From NCBI GenBank assembly GCA_039811685.1, contig JBDHZC010000005.1:72057-136056 (forward strand): DNA of 64,000 nt, given 5' to 3'. The stretch's first letter is position 1. The number at the start of each line of letters is the position of its first letter. Made by a program: the position numbers and the translations under genes. Under the pieces are notes generated by a model, which did no database searches, was not told the DNA's origin, and saw only the letters and a program-made list of their open reading frames with translations. Positions 45,493 through 56,138 of the stretch are shown piece after piece. The DNA is from Armatimonadota bacterium (GTDB taxonomy: Bacteria > Armatimonadota > UBA5829 > DSUL01).

Positions 45493-47760
45493 CTAGGCGG
45501 TCATCCTGTCGCTTTCTTCCGCGGGCTCTCCCACCCGGCTGGCAGCCATCTCCGTCTGGATCTGCACCAGTTTCCAGTAAGACCCGCGTTTTTCCATCAA
45601 TTCGTCGTGCGTTCCAAGCTCTGCGATGCCGCCATCTTCGATGACCATAATGCGATCAGCATTGCGCAGCGTTGAGAGGCGGTGCGCAATGGCAAAGGTC
45701 GTGCGGTTTTCCACAAGGCGTTCAATCGCCTCCTGAATCTGGCGCTCGGTCTCGGTATCCACGGCGCTGGTGGCTTCGTCGAAAATCAGGATGCGCGGGT
45801 TGTGCAAAATAGCGCGCGCTATGGAGATGCGCTGACGCTCTCCTCCGGACAGCCGCCCGCCGCGCTCACCCACCTGCGCGTCGTATCCATCCGGAAAGCG
45901 CATGATGAAGTCGTGCGCGTTAGCAGCCTTTGCCGCCCGCATAATCTCTTCTGCGTGAGCAGTTGGCTTCCCGTAAGCGATGTTTTCGGAAATAGTGCCG
46001 CTGAACAGAAACGCTTCCTGTAGCACTACGCCGATCTGACTGCGCAAATCTCTCAGACGCACCTGGCGCAAGGGTTGACCGTCAATTAGTATTTCGCCGG
46101 CCTGCGGGTCGTAGAAACGGCAGACAAGATTGATAAATGTGCTCTTGCCCGCGCCAGTCTTGCCCACAAGGCCAATCATTTCGCCGGGCTGCACTTCCAG
46201 GCTGACATTCTTGAGGATAGGCTTGTTCTTATCGTAGCCAAAGGTGATGTCTTTGATCTCAATGTGTCCCTTGAGATCAGGCAGCGGAATGGAGTTCTCG
46301 ACATCCGCTACCTCAGGCTCTGTATCGAGCACTTCAAACACGCGCTCCGCAGCGGTGAGAGAGCGTGGCAGAGAATCGGCGAGGTTCGTCAACCACTGCA
46401 AAGGTCCGTAGAACATCGCCAGATAGCCAGTGAACATCAGCAGTGTTCCCATGGTCATCGAGTTGTTGATGACCATGATGCCGCCCACCAGCCACACCGG
46501 ATACAGGCCGAACTCGATAAGAAGGGACAGAGTCGGCACAAGAACATTCACAAGGCGCGTGGCGGAGTACTCGCTTTCAAACAGCCCGGTACTGGAGTCG
46601 GAGAAGCGCTTCATTTCGCGCCCCTCCTGCGCAAACGCGCGCACCACCCGAATTCCGGCCAGCGAGTCGCTGAGCATGGCGGTCAGACGGCTCCAGGAAG
46701 ACCAGTAGCGCGTATAGACAAAGCGCAGCCGCTTGGTAAACAGAAACGTAATCCCGGAGACAATTGGCGCTGGAGAAAGCGCGATAAGCGCCAGCTTCCA
46801 GTTCGTGACAAACAGCATGATGCAGATGCCGATAATCTGCAGAATAAACACCAGAAAGTACTGCGCGCTGGAAACCAGAAACACCTGAAGCGCTCCGGTG
46901 TCCTGCGTCACGCGGCTCATCACCGCGCCCGTCTGGCGCTTGTCGAAGTACGCAAGCGACAAACGCTGAAGGGCGCTGTACACTTCACGACGCACATCCA
47001 GCGTTACGCGCCCGCCGAGCCACGCGGCCACCTGTTGTCTCCAGACGCCTGTGCCATACGTCAGCAAGCGCACTCCCAGCATTCCCGCGACTATCAAAAG
47101 CAGCGAATGCACGCGCGAAGCCGCCGGAATGGGGACCTTTGCCTTGGGCATCAGGGAGATATCCCAGAGCGCCCGGCTGAGCATGGGAGGAACCAGAGAC
47201 ACCGCCGTGCTCGCCAGCAACAGCAGCGTGACAAGAGCGGACTTGCCCTTGTACGGCTTGAGATAGGCCAGCAGGCGCCGCATGACCTTGCCCTTGTCCA
47301 GACAGTGAGGACAGACTTTGGTGTACTTGGGAAGGCTTCGCCCGCAAGACGGACACAGAGCCTCCTGATCCTCGTCTTCTTCTTCAGGCGTCTCCTCGTT
47401 GTTGGCGATGGCCTGGAGGACACGGGCGGCGCGGTTGAACTTGCCAGACAACGTGTTGGAGTAGTGCAGCAGCGTGATGCGCTGTCCGTCGTGCAGAACT
47501 GTGAGTACGCCCCCACCCACCAGCGGCTCAGCGTTGACTTCGGTAATCTCCGAGTAGGGCACGTCCACGAGCACAGACGCCTGAGCCGGAGTGGGGTCCA
47601 GAACCAGAGCGCGGTCGTCTATAGCGACAAGCCAGCGCTCTCCGAAGTTGCCGTCCCGGGTGATGTCCGTAGAGGTTGCAAACTGGACGGTGTCCGTGGA
47701 TTTGCCGAGAGATGCCAGAGCCTTCTCTACGGACGGAGGTAAGTTTTCGACGACAGACAT
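45493..47760 (-). CDS. ABC transporter permease/ATP-binding fusion (ABCB exporter type) with N-terminal extension containing a zinc ribbon
   Basis: Six TM helices, then Walker A (GKTGAGKST), ABC signature (LSGGERQR) and Walker B (ILIFDEATSAVD). N-terminal ~200 aa carry CPSCG…CPHC. Start at MSVVENL. Confidence 0.75.
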   Translation of the reverse strand: MSVVENLPPSVEKALASLGKSTDTVQFATSTDITRDGNFGERWLVAIDDRALVLDPTPAQASVLVDVPYSEITEVNAEPLVGGGVLTVLHDGQRITLLHYSNTLSGKFNRAARVLQAIANNEETPEEEDEDQEALCPSCGRSLPKYTKVCPHCLDKGKVMRRLLAYLKPYKGKSALVTLLLLASTAVSLVPPMLSRALWDISLMPKAKVPIPAASRVHSLLLIVAGMLGVRLLTYGTGVWRQQVAAWLGGRVTLDVRREVYSALQRLSLAYFDKRQTGAVMSRVTQDTGALQVFLVSSAQYFLVFILQIIGICIMLFVTNWKLALIALSPAPIVSGITFLFTKRLRFVYTRYWSSWSRLTAMLSDSLAGIRVVRAFAQEGREMKRFSDSSTGLFESEYSATRLVNVLVPTLSLLIEFGLYPVWLVGGIMVINNSMTMGTLLMFTGYLAMFYGPLQWLTNLADSLPRSLTAAERVFEVLDTEPEVADVENSIPLPDLKGHIEIKDITFGYDKNKPILKNVSLEVQPGEMIGLVGKTGAGKSTFINLVCRFYDPQAGEILIDGQPLRQVRLRDLRSQIGVVLQEAFLFSGTISENIAYGKPTAHAEEIMRAAKAANAHDFIMRFPDGYDAQVGERGGRLSGGERQRISIARAILHNPRILIFDEATSAVDTETERQIQEAIERLVENRTTFAIAHRLSTLRNADRIMVIEDGGIAELGTHDELMEKRGSYWKLVQIQTEMAASRVGEPAEESDRMTA

Positions 47761-47998
47761 AACGCGGGCACCCCCGGCCCCGATGGCTTGAGCGCAGCTC
47801 AGTGGAGAAGCGCGCGGGATCCACCGGCGGCCCGGCTCACGGACGGCGTTAGCGCTTGCGCCGTACCATTGCCTGGGGCACACCAACCCCTTTCTCTCCA
47901 GATTCTATCACTCGCCCGTTTGAGTGTAAACACGAAGAACTCTTTGAAGGAGACTGTTTTGAACTTCTCGCGATCCGGATTGACGGCGGCGTGAATTG

Positions 47999-48592
47999 TT
48001 ACGCCTGATTCAACAGATTGAGAGCATCCTTGAGGATGACAGCGGGGTTGCGCTGGTCCGTGTGATTCTTGGCGGCGTCCTGAGCGGCTTTGCGAGCATC
48101 CGCCCGATTGTACCCCAGAGCGATCAAGCCTTCGATGACGTCTCCCATCACGTCAAAGCGCTGATGATCCGCGTCCACAGAGGCCGCCAGTGCAATTTCC
48201 TGCAACTTCTCGCCGATTTCAAGCGATATTCGCTGCGCGGTTTTCTTGCCGACGCCTGGAATAGTCTGCAGACGGACGCCGTTGTCCTGCGCGGCATGCG
48301 CCAGCTCTCGCACGTCCATTGAAGAGAGCATCCCCAGCGCAATCTTAGGACCCACACCTGACACTGAGATCAACACTTCGAAAGCCTGCTGATCCAGCTC
48401 GCTGACAAATCCATAGAGATCGATTGCGTCCTCTTTGACAATGGTGTGGACGTGGAACGCCGCAGGCTCATTCTCAATCAGCCTCGTCAGCGCAGATGCG
48501 GGGGTATTTACCCGGTAGCCTACTCCGGCGACATCAACCACTACATAGCCTGCGCCGATCTTCAGAACAGTTCCCCTGATGTGTGCGATCAT
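47999..48592 (-). CDS. ruvA: Holliday junction branch-migration protein RuvA
   Basis: Full-length RuvA similarity (MIAHIRG…HhH motifs GVGPKIAL/GVGKKTAQRI). Confidence 0.85.
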   Translation of the reverse strand: MIAHIRGTVLKIGAGYVVVDVAGVGYRVNTPASALTRLIENEPAAFHVHTIVKEDAIDLYGFVSELDQQAFEVLISVSGVGPKIALGMLSSMDVRELAHAAQDNGVRLQTIPGVGKKTAQRISLEIGEKLQEIALAASVDADHQRFDVMGDVIEGLIALGYNRADARKAAQDAAKNHTDQRNPAVILKDALNLLNQA

Positions 48593-48732
48593 AGGACGAT
48601 TATGACCTTTCGTTTACCAGTTGGCAGTCATCTGACGTCCCAGGCTCACGGCAGGGCATGCGGCTGGTGACAACGAAGGACACATCAGCGCCAGTTTTGT
48701 TGACGCCCAACACCGAATCACAGGACAATACT

Positions 48733-49836
48733 ATGACATTTCGGGAACGGACCCTGCGCACATTCCAGCACAAACCCGTTGACTGTATTGTTTACCAGCC
48801 CCGTATTGAGCACTGGTACAACTACAACAAAGCGCGGAACACATTGCCGGAGCGCTACCGCGACATGGACCTGCTCGAAGTTTACGACGACCTCAATTGC
48901 TCCATCCGCCCCTATCACTACTACAGCCAGTGCCGTGCCAGGGAAAATCCACCTGACCTCGACATCGAAGTCCAAAGGGACGCAGACATCGAAACCGTCC
49001 TGCAGCACACGCCTGTCGGAACTCTGAAGTCTGTTATCAAGCACACAGATCTCGCGCAGCATCAGATTGAGAACCCCATCAAAACTCATAAGGACGTGGA
49101 CGTGATGGAGTACATCCTGCGCAACAGCAAAATCTGGTTTGATATGGAGAAGTTCAAAGAAATCGACGAGATGGTCGGCGATCGGGCTGCACCGATGGTC
49201 TTTTATGAACGGGTGAACATGCAGCGGATTTTGCTGGATTACGTGGGATGGCAGGAAACGGTCTATCTACTGGCTGACGACAGAGAGCTGATCGAACGGC
49301 TGGTCAAAATCATCGACGAGACGGACGAAGGGACGATGGAGGCGCTCCTCAACTCGCCAATCCCCATCATCAACTTTGGAGACAACCTCGACGAGTACTT
49401 GCTCTCACCCAGACTCTTCGAGGAGTTCGTCCTGCCTGTCTATCAGGATCGCGGGGAGCGCTTCCGAAAAGCCGGCCAGTTCACACAGTCGCACTTTGAC
49501 GGAAACGTGAAGCATCTGCTGAAGTACTGCCAGCGCTGCGGGATAGACGGCTTTGAAGCGCTGACTCCAAAGCCGCAGGGCGATCTGACGATTGACGAGA
49601 TGAAGGAAGCGCTGGGAGACAATCTGATTTTGCTGGATGGCATTCCGATGACCGCCTTTCTGCCTTCGACGCCGGAAGAGGAGTTTGAGCGCGTAACACG
49701 CGAGATCATAGAGACTTTCTCGCCGAACCTCGTCCTAGGCATCTCCGACGAGCCCTCGCCTGTCTGTGATATCGAGCGCGTGCGAAGGGTGGGAGAGATT
49801 CTGCGGGAGTACGAGACGTCGGTGACGGCGCAGTGA
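48733..49836 (+). CDS. Uroporphyrinogen decarboxylase (URO-D)-like family protein
   Basis: C-terminal region resembles URO-D/MtaA-like TIM barrel (…LILLDGIPMTAF…LVLGISDE). Confidence 0.35.
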   Translation: MTFRERTLRTFQHKPVDCIVYQPRIEHWYNYNKARNTLPERYRDMDLLEVYDDLNCSIRPYHYYSQCRARENPPDLDIEVQRDADIETVLQHTPVGTLKSVIKHTDLAQHQIENPIKTHKDVDVMEYILRNSKIWFDMEKFKEIDEMVGDRAAPMVFYERVNMQRILLDYVGWQETVYLLADDRELIERLVKIIDETDEGTMEALLNSPIPIINFGDNLDEYLLSPRLFEEFVLPVYQDRGERFRKAGQFTQSHFDGNVKHLLKYCQRCGIDGFEALTPKPQGDLTIDEMKEALGDNLILLDGIPMTAFLPSTPEEEFERVTREIIETFSPNLVLGISDEPSPVCDIERVRRVGEILREYETSVTAQ

Positions 49837-49945
49837 AACTAAGTATTGCCGCTCGTCTGTAAGGGTAACACACTTCAAAAACAGCGGCCTGCCCTGAACA
49901 AGGACAGGCCGCTGTTTGCATCTCTACGATTGTCCGTGCGTCAGT

Positions 49946-51226
49946 TCAACTTGTGACCTTGAGCGTCTCAGGATTGAAGTTCATGGTCTTATTCTGCTTC
50001 CAGCTCGCTTCCGCCAGCGTCACAATCGTCTGAACGCGCGCGGCCAGCTCGATGTCACAGTTGGGAGTGTCGCCAGTGCGAATGCAGTGGAACCAGTTGC
50101 GCTCATGCTCCGCTATATCTTCGCCGGGGCCAATCACCGGAACGTCTTCCTGCTCGACCTCATCGGAAGCCCAGCGCTCCGGACGAATCTCGACTTTGTC
50201 ACCACCGAAGTAAATGGTGGCCTTGTGCCCTCGAATCATGTCCTGAAGTCCCTGCTCGTTAGCGGTCGATCCGGCGATGACCATCTGGGAGCCGTTGGGG
50301 AACTTCACCATCATCTGCGTCGTGTCAGCTACGTCGCGGTCTGGGTGCGCGATAATGGAGCCAATGCAACTGACCTGAACCGGATAAGCCAGTCCCGTAG
50401 CTATCATCAGCGGGTGCAGGCGGTGCGGGAAAAGGTCGGAGAGAATTCCAGCTGAGAAGAGCTGATACTTGCGCCAGCGGAAGTAGTACTCCGGGTTCCA
50501 ATCCACCTTGCCCACAGGCTTGGTCCACGTAATCCAGTCCAGTGTCTTACCCGGAACCGCGTCCGGATCGATGCCGTACTCCCATTCGCCTTCTTTGGAG
50601 TTGCGGCAATAGCTGCCCTGGCTCCAGACAATCTTACCGATTTTTCCAGCCTTGACCTGTTCTCCAGCCGTGCGCCACTTGGCGTCACTGCAACCCTGCG
50701 ATCCAACCTGAAACGCAACTTTATTGCGCTTGACAGCCGCTTGAAGCTGATGAATCTCATCCAGATGGCGGCACATTGGTTTTTCGCAGTAGACGTGCTT
50801 GCCCGCATCCATAGCGTCTATCGCGATCTTTGCGTGCCAGTGCTCCGGCGTGGCAATGACAACAGCATCTACATCCTTGTCTTCAAGCAGCTTGCGGTAG
50901 TCGGCGTATGCCTTGTCTGAACCAACGCCTATGGCGCTGGCGGAGCTGTTCCGCCGTTTGTCCCACACATCGCACACAGCAACCGATTTCACATTCTGAT
51001 CTGCCGGCTGCCCCTTGACAAAGTTGATGTGCGCGCCGCCCTGGCCGCCCACACCGATGTGACCGATGTTGATCCGGTCGTTGGCGCCGATTACTCTGGC
51101 TGAGCTGGCCGCAAACGCGCGGTTGGACGTCAGCCCGCCTACCATCACCCCGGCCGCTCCAATGCCCGCAACTTTGAGAAAGTCCCGGCGCGACAGATTG
51201 TTCAGGTCTTTTGCTTTCTTTTCCAA
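49946..51226 (-). CDS. Gfo/Idh/MocA-family oxidoreductase with Tat signal
   Basis: RRDFLKVAGIGAAGVMVGG twin-arginine motif and Rossmann GVGGQGG. Confidence 0.7.
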   Translation of the reverse strand: MEKKAKDLNNLSRRDFLKVAGIGAAGVMVGGLTSNRAFAASSARVIGANDRINIGHIGVGGQGGAHINFVKGQPADQNVKSVAVCDVWDKRRNSSASAIGVGSDKAYADYRKLLEDKDVDAVVIATPEHWHAKIAIDAMDAGKHVYCEKPMCRHLDEIHQLQAAVKRNKVAFQVGSQGCSDAKWRTAGEQVKAGKIGKIVWSQGSYCRNSKEGEWEYGIDPDAVPGKTLDWITWTKPVGKVDWNPEYYFRWRKYQLFSAGILSDLFPHRLHPLMIATGLAYPVQVSCIGSIIAHPDRDVADTTQMMVKFPNGSQMVIAGSTANEQGLQDMIRGHKATIYFGGDKVEIRPERWASDEVEQEDVPVIGPGEDIAEHERNWFHCIRTGDTPNCDIELAARVQTIVTLAEASWKQNKTMNFNPETLKVTS

Positions 51227-51354
51227 TAGAGTTCCCTTCGCGAATTGTGAGACAGACCGCCCTGCAAATGGCGAAGCTGTCCTGCTTCTTTTAACATTGA
51301 TTACGGCGAGGCTTCAGCAGTCTCCAGCTTCACCGGTAACACCGTCTGGCGCCC

Positions 51355-52686
51355 TCAGGCCAGATCAAACCATTCCTTCTGGTAGGATATCTCGCTGCCG
51401 TTTACCAGAGCCTCATTAGCTTTAACAGCCGTCACCGTAGCAATGTATCCCGCTATTGCGTCCGCAAGCGGCTTCGACCCATCCCGCACACTGTTGCAGA
51501 ACGCTTCCATGGCGAAATAGAGCGGGTCTTTGCCGGGTTCAACACCACCCTGCGTTGCCGGATCTCCACCAGCCGCCAGAATTTTGGTGGCATCGGCTAC
51601 CAGCGCAATGCCCGTCTCGTCCATGATCTTGTCCTTACGCGCATAGACTTCCCAGCCCAGCATCGCAGAGTCCGCTTCCTTGAACATCCAGGCGCGCTGC
51701 CCGTGAATCGCCACCGCAGACTCCGAACCGCAAACCTCCTCATACGCCGCGTCGAACGAGTTGACGAGCGTCACGTCGTACAGATAGTTGAAGCCCGCAG
51801 GATACTCAAAGACCGCCTGCGCCGTGTCAGCGACATCCCGGCCGTCATTCCACTTTCGGATCCCTCCAAAGGCGCGAATGGTTTTTGGAGGTGTATCGAA
51901 GTACCAGTTCATAACATCGGCCTGGTGGATGCCGATTTCCCCGAGAAGTCCGCTGCTGGTCGCCTTCTGCAGACGCCAGTTCAGTTGCGCTTCACGCTCG
52001 TTCGTCGGCGCCATCCGGCGCCAGCTCTGCTTCTTGTGCCACTGCGCCCGCGACAGAGCTATCGTTCCAGGCACGCCAGTGCGCATAAACTGAAGCACGT
52101 GTTTGTGAATAGGGTTGGATCGCAGAGTGAGTCCGGTCTGGAATATCTTGCTCGAACCCTTACCGGCCTGGGCAATAGCCTTTGCTTCGGCCAGGTCACT
52201 GGAGAGTGGCGCTTCGCAGTAAACGTGCTTCCCAGCCGCAACAGCAGCCAGAGTAATCTCTTTGTGCTGAAGCGTAGGAGTTGCGACGAGCACTGCTTCG
52301 AGTCCCGGTTGCTCGAGCAGCTTTCGGTAGTCTGTAAACGCACTCGCTTTCGGTGCTATTTCAAGCGCTTTCTTGTGAGCGGGCTCGTAGGTGTCGCAGA
52401 CGGCGACAACAGACGCGTTTGGAACCTTGGAAAGCGCCGTTAGCAGATTGCGCCCCTGCTCTCCGAGGCCGATGACCCCCAACGCAACTGCGGGGCCTGT
52501 GGCAGGTGTGCCCTCTGCCTCCGCCGCGAACAGCTCCTGACCCATCAGCCACAATCCGGCGGTAGCCGCACCGGCGCCGATCAGAAAATCGCGGCGAGAA
52601 ATTGAATCTTTACTCAAATGATGACCTCCTGTGGCCCGCTCTGTTCCCAAGTATAGGCGTGGGGAAATCCGCGTTTCCCACTGCAA
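51355..52686 (-). CDS. Gfo/Idh/MocA-family oxidoreductase with Tat signal
   Basis: SRRDFLIGAGAATAGLWLMG and GLGEQG Rossmann. The true start is possibly downstream of the called one. Confidence 0.65.
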   Translation of the reverse strand: MQWETRISPRLYLGTERATGGHHLSKDSISRRDFLIGAGAATAGLWLMGQELFAAEAEGTPATGPAVALGVIGLGEQGRNLLTALSKVPNASVVAVCDTYEPAHKKALEIAPKASAFTDYRKLLEQPGLEAVLVATPTLQHKEITLAAVAAGKHVYCEAPLSSDLAEAKAIAQAGKGSSKIFQTGLTLRSNPIHKHVLQFMRTGVPGTIALSRAQWHKKQSWRRMAPTNEREAQLNWRLQKATSSGLLGEIGIHQADVMNWYFDTPPKTIRAFGGIRKWNDGRDVADTAQAVFEYPAGFNYLYDVTLVNSFDAAYEEVCGSESAVAIHGQRAWMFKEADSAMLGWEVYARKDKIMDETGIALVADATKILAAGGDPATQGGVEPGKDPLYFAMEAFCNSVRDGSKPLADAIAGYIATVTAVKANEALVNGSEISYQKEWFDLA

Positions 52687-53087
52687 GGCCCGCGAGTTGT
52701 TCTGTCAGACGAGTGTTGTCCCCAGACGCCCCATGCCTATTCGCCAGCCAACATCGGGAATCCCTGCCGCAGAGTATCAGTGTTGCCACAGATGCGACAG
52801 AAAGAGTCCGAGACACTCTTCGAGTCAACAAACGCGACCTGGAATCTCAGACCACTACTGCGCAGACCAGACGCAATTCCATTACAGTATACTTCAAGAC
52901 TATCACTTTTTGATCCCTGCTTGTTCGCGAGAAAATTCACTTTTGGGAAGAACGGACGTGTTTGAAGTCGCATCTCAAAGTGAGTCTGTTTTGGTTGGTA
53001 TGTGGAAATGCGGCGCAATATGGAAAGATTACTCGTACAATTGCGGATTTTTAGCAACGGCGCCTGACGCCAGTCAGTTGACACCCG

Positions 53088-54836
53088 ATGTCACACAACC
53101 TGCGACCAAACAGCAGCAACGACCAGACAGCCGCCGGACGACCGCCGTCCGCAGCGCCTCTTCGGTTCATAGAGAGCTACTATCCAGCCGTTAGACTCGC
53201 CGTCAGAGTCTCGGACGCGGCCGTCTTTGCCGCCGAGCCCATTGCGCGGGCTATCTTTCAGACTGCGGCCGCTCACGCTGAGTTGCGCAATGTGTGCGCT
53301 CAAATGCACGCGGCGATTTTGGAAGCCACCGGCGCCCAGTTTCCAGGCATAGAACCAGACCAGCCTGTTGCCCCAGACGCTATCTCTTCCAACGTGCGCG
53401 CCATGGTGCAAAACGGCATCACGCGCATAGCCTCAGACCTGTTGGCGCACCGAAGCTGCCTGAGACTCGCAAACCACAGCGCGCCTTCGGACACACCCGC
53501 AGAGGCGCTGGCACTGCGCCAGATGGCGGATCATTCTCTCCTGCGGGGGATGCGCGCAGAAGCGCAGCAGCGCAGCGAGTTTTTCCTGGAAGGGATTGAC
53601 ACTCTGAGGCGTTATCTGGACTACTCCTGCGCTCAAGTGGACGCCTCAGCGTGGTTTGACATGGGTTGGATGCTGTGGCGCACCGGAGGAGGTCCGGCGG
53701 AAGCTGAGAGCGCAATTCGTTTGGCCGCAGAGTTGACAACAGACGATCCGGCCGGACTGTATCTGCTTTGTCTCAAACATCTGATACATTTCTACTGCGA
53801 ACGCGGATCCATGGATGATGCGCAGGCCGCGGCAAACATCGCCGTTCAGATATCTCCGACCTACGACGTGCTCTATGAGGCTTCGAGGTGCGCGGCTCTG
53901 GCGGGCGATGAGCACAAAGCCATCGATCTGCTGGAGCGCTGCATCGAGCTGGTCCCGCTTACCTACGTTTGCGTGCTTTCTGACAAGGATTTCTCAGAGG
54001 TCGGCGCAGCGATACGCGCACTCACACAACAGCTTTCGCAGACGGCCCAGGAGACAGCTCGCGAGAAGCTGGCCGGTTGGAAGGATGCCCTCGAGCGATG
54101 CGCCGCAGTCGAAGCGAACTGTCAGTTTGATATCAAGCTGCCTGCGCAGCTTAAGCAGAACCCGGACATTCTCTTGACGGACATTGAAGATACGGACTTC
54201 TTCAGTTGTCTGGAGATTGCCAGACACGCCGCAACCAGCCGATCCAAAGTTTTTGTTTTCGCCTGTCAGGCGCTCGAAGAGGAGACGACAGCGCGCTCAG
54301 AGGCCCTGCGCACGGTCGTTCAGCGCATTACAGAGACGCGCAAGCGAGCCGAGGAAGCCAAGGCGGCCGCACGCGCGCAGATGAATGCTGCCATTCAGGA
54401 AGCTGCCAAAGAGCGCGATTCGCGCCCCCGCCTGACTGTCTCGTGGAGCTTCGGTCTCGCGCTGGCGGCTACATTTATCGGCGGCGCGGTGACAGGCAGT
54501 GTGGAAAGTGGGCTGGCGCTGTTTCTACCGGCGCTGGTGGCCTCAGTCTCGTTCACCTACCTGCTCAACTCCAGCTCCGCCAGCCTCGCCTACACAAGCC
54601 GGGCAAACGCCTGCCGGCGTGAAAACTCGATAGCTATCGGGCAGATTGAAAACGAGCTTCAGAAGTCTTTGCGATCGCTGGAGCAAAGCGCAGCTCACCT
54701 GCGCGATCTGAAAGTGCAGGCGGCTCAGGAGATTGCCGCCCTAAGATCGGCTGAAGCTGCGGCTCAAGAAACTCAGGAGCAGGCGCCCATGACAGCGACA
54801 ACCCCTGAGTCTCAGAACGAACGAAAAGCGGCCTGA
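53088..54836 (+). CDS. Hypothetical protein (helical/TPR-like region, coiled coil, two TM segments)
   Basis: 582-aa ORF with consistent codon usage. No recognisable catalytic motif. Confidence 0.4.
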   Translation: MSHNLRPNSSNDQTAAGRPPSAAPLRFIESYYPAVRLAVRVSDAAVFAAEPIARAIFQTAAAHAELRNVCAQMHAAILEATGAQFPGIEPDQPVAPDAISSNVRAMVQNGITRIASDLLAHRSCLRLANHSAPSDTPAEALALRQMADHSLLRGMRAEAQQRSEFFLEGIDTLRRYLDYSCAQVDASAWFDMGWMLWRTGGGPAEAESAIRLAAELTTDDPAGLYLLCLKHLIHFYCERGSMDDAQAAANIAVQISPTYDVLYEASRCAALAGDEHKAIDLLERCIELVPLTYVCVLSDKDFSEVGAAIRALTQQLSQTAQETAREKLAGWKDALERCAAVEANCQFDIKLPAQLKQNPDILLTDIEDTDFFSCLEIARHAATSRSKVFVFACQALEEETTARSEALRTVVQRITETRKRAEEAKAAARAQMNAAIQEAAKERDSRPRLTVSWSFGLALAATFIGGAVTGSVESGLALFLPALVASVSFTYLLNSSSASLAYTSRANACRRENSIAIGQIENELQKSLRSLEQSAAHLRDLKVQAAQEIAALRSAEAAAQETQEQAPMTATTPESQNERKAA

Positions 54837-54854
54837 TCCGGCAGGCCGGGCTCT

Positions 54855-56015
54855 TTAGTAGTCAACCTCCACCCATTGTCCGGATTTCGACGAGCGCAGC
54901 ACCGCCTCGACGATCGCGATCTCATTGTGTCCGTCCACAAAAGTCGGAAACGGTGGCTGTGCGCTCTGCGGGTTCTGATTCTCCGCAACAAAGGTGTAGA
55001 ACGCGCGCATAAAGTTCTTCAGCCCGTCTGGATACCCTTCAGGGTGTCCGCCCGGATAGCTGACGTTTGCGCGCGCCTGCGGGCTCAAGAGAGACGGGTC
55101 GCGCATCAACACGCGGTTGGGCTCGGCGCGGCTTCCAATCCACAGGCGCTCTGGATCCTCCTGGTCGAAGGCGATCGCCTGGTTTTCACAGTCAATCTCG
55201 TAGTAGAGCCGGTTCTTTCGTCCCGCAGCCACCTGACACACCGTGAACGTTCCCCGCGTTCCCTGATCCATCTCAAAAAGCACAGTCCCATAGTCCTCGG
55301 TGGTCACAGGCACAGGCTCGTAGTCCTCAGGCGTCATCTCCTTGCCGGAGTAGGTCTCAATCGCCTTTTTCGGCTTCATGCGGGTTTTGTGAATAACGGC
55401 CAGATCCGCATACACGCGCGTGATTTTCTGGCCGGTGATGAACATGATCAAATCGCACCAGTGGCTGCCCACGTCGGCAACGGCGCGCGACTCTCCGCCA
55501 GCCTCCGGTTCAATGCGCCAGTTGTAGTCCGTTTTCAACAGCAGCCAGTCCTGCAGATAGGAACCGGTTATGACCAGAGGCTTGCCAGCTTCTCCGGACT
55601 GCACCCGCTGCCTCGCTTCCTGATTGAGCGGGTAGAACCTGTAGTTGAAGTCCACTGCGTTGATTTTTCCGGTGTCCCGCGCAAGCTGAACCAGCTCCTT
55701 GGACTCCCGGCTGTTCATGGCCAGGGGTTTTTCGCTGAAGACATGTTTGCCTGCCTTCAAAGCCTCTACCGCCAGCGGGTAGTGCAGTGTGTTGGGCGTG
55801 CAGAGATGGACAACTTCGATGGAAGGATCTGCCAGTATATCCCGGTAGTCGCCGTACGCCTTGTCAATAAAAAGTTGTCTGGATTTTGCTTCTGCCGTCG
55901 CCTGGTCAGCCTCGGCCAGAGCCGCTACGTCAACGAATCCCAGCCGCCGTGCAGCCTCTACGTGGGCGGGCCCGATGAAGCCCGTACCGATGATTCCCGC
56001 TTTTACCTTGCGCAT
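54855..56015 (-). CDS. Gfo/Idh/MocA-family oxidoreductase (cytoplasmic)
   Basis: MRKVKAGIIGTGFIGPAH Rossmann N-terminus. Confidence 0.75.
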   Translation of the reverse strand: MRKVKAGIIGTGFIGPAHVEAARRLGFVDVAALAEADQATAEAKSRQLFIDKAYGDYRDILADPSIEVVHLCTPNTLHYPLAVEALKAGKHVFSEKPLAMNSRESKELVQLARDTGKINAVDFNYRFYPLNQEARQRVQSGEAGKPLVITGSYLQDWLLLKTDYNWRIEPEAGGESRAVADVGSHWCDLIMFITGQKITRVYADLAVIHKTRMKPKKAIETYSGKEMTPEDYEPVPVTTEDYGTVLFEMDQGTRGTFTVCQVAAGRKNRLYYEIDCENQAIAFDQEDPERLWIGSRAEPNRVLMRDPSLLSPQARANVSYPGGHPEGYPDGLKNFMRAFYTFVAENQNPQSAQPPFPTFVDGHNEIAIVEAVLRSSKSGQWVEVDY

Positions 56016-56138
56016 TGTTCTACTCCCGAACAGATGATGTGGTCGGGAAGAGCTTCTCTACCGGACCTCTGTTGCCCTGCCGAAGCTGACGGCATTGGCA
56101 CGATAATTGCACACGTGGCATGCAACAGGAGTGTGCAG

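Noticed and set aside
46264-47742. Long antisense ORFs opposite the ABC transporter, and similar ones at 3484-4524, 12183-13148, 19082-19771, 21208-22026 and 37164-38135
   Set aside because: These are high-GC artefacts: Arg/Pro/Gly-rich low-complexity translations opposite strongly supported genes.
53079-53096. Inverted repeat TGACAcccgaTGTCA around the start of the 53088 ORF as an operator
   Set aside because: It overlaps the start codon itself and is short, with 5-bp arms. No second copy was seen, so the evidence is insufficient.
54876-56138. 1.9-kb + strand ORF (54876-56747) as a single gene
   Set aside because: Its first ~1.26 kb is antisense to a well-supported Gfo/Idh/MocA gene and has no protein-like features. 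Only the 3' 609 nt (PEP-CTERM protein from ATG 56139) is credible.
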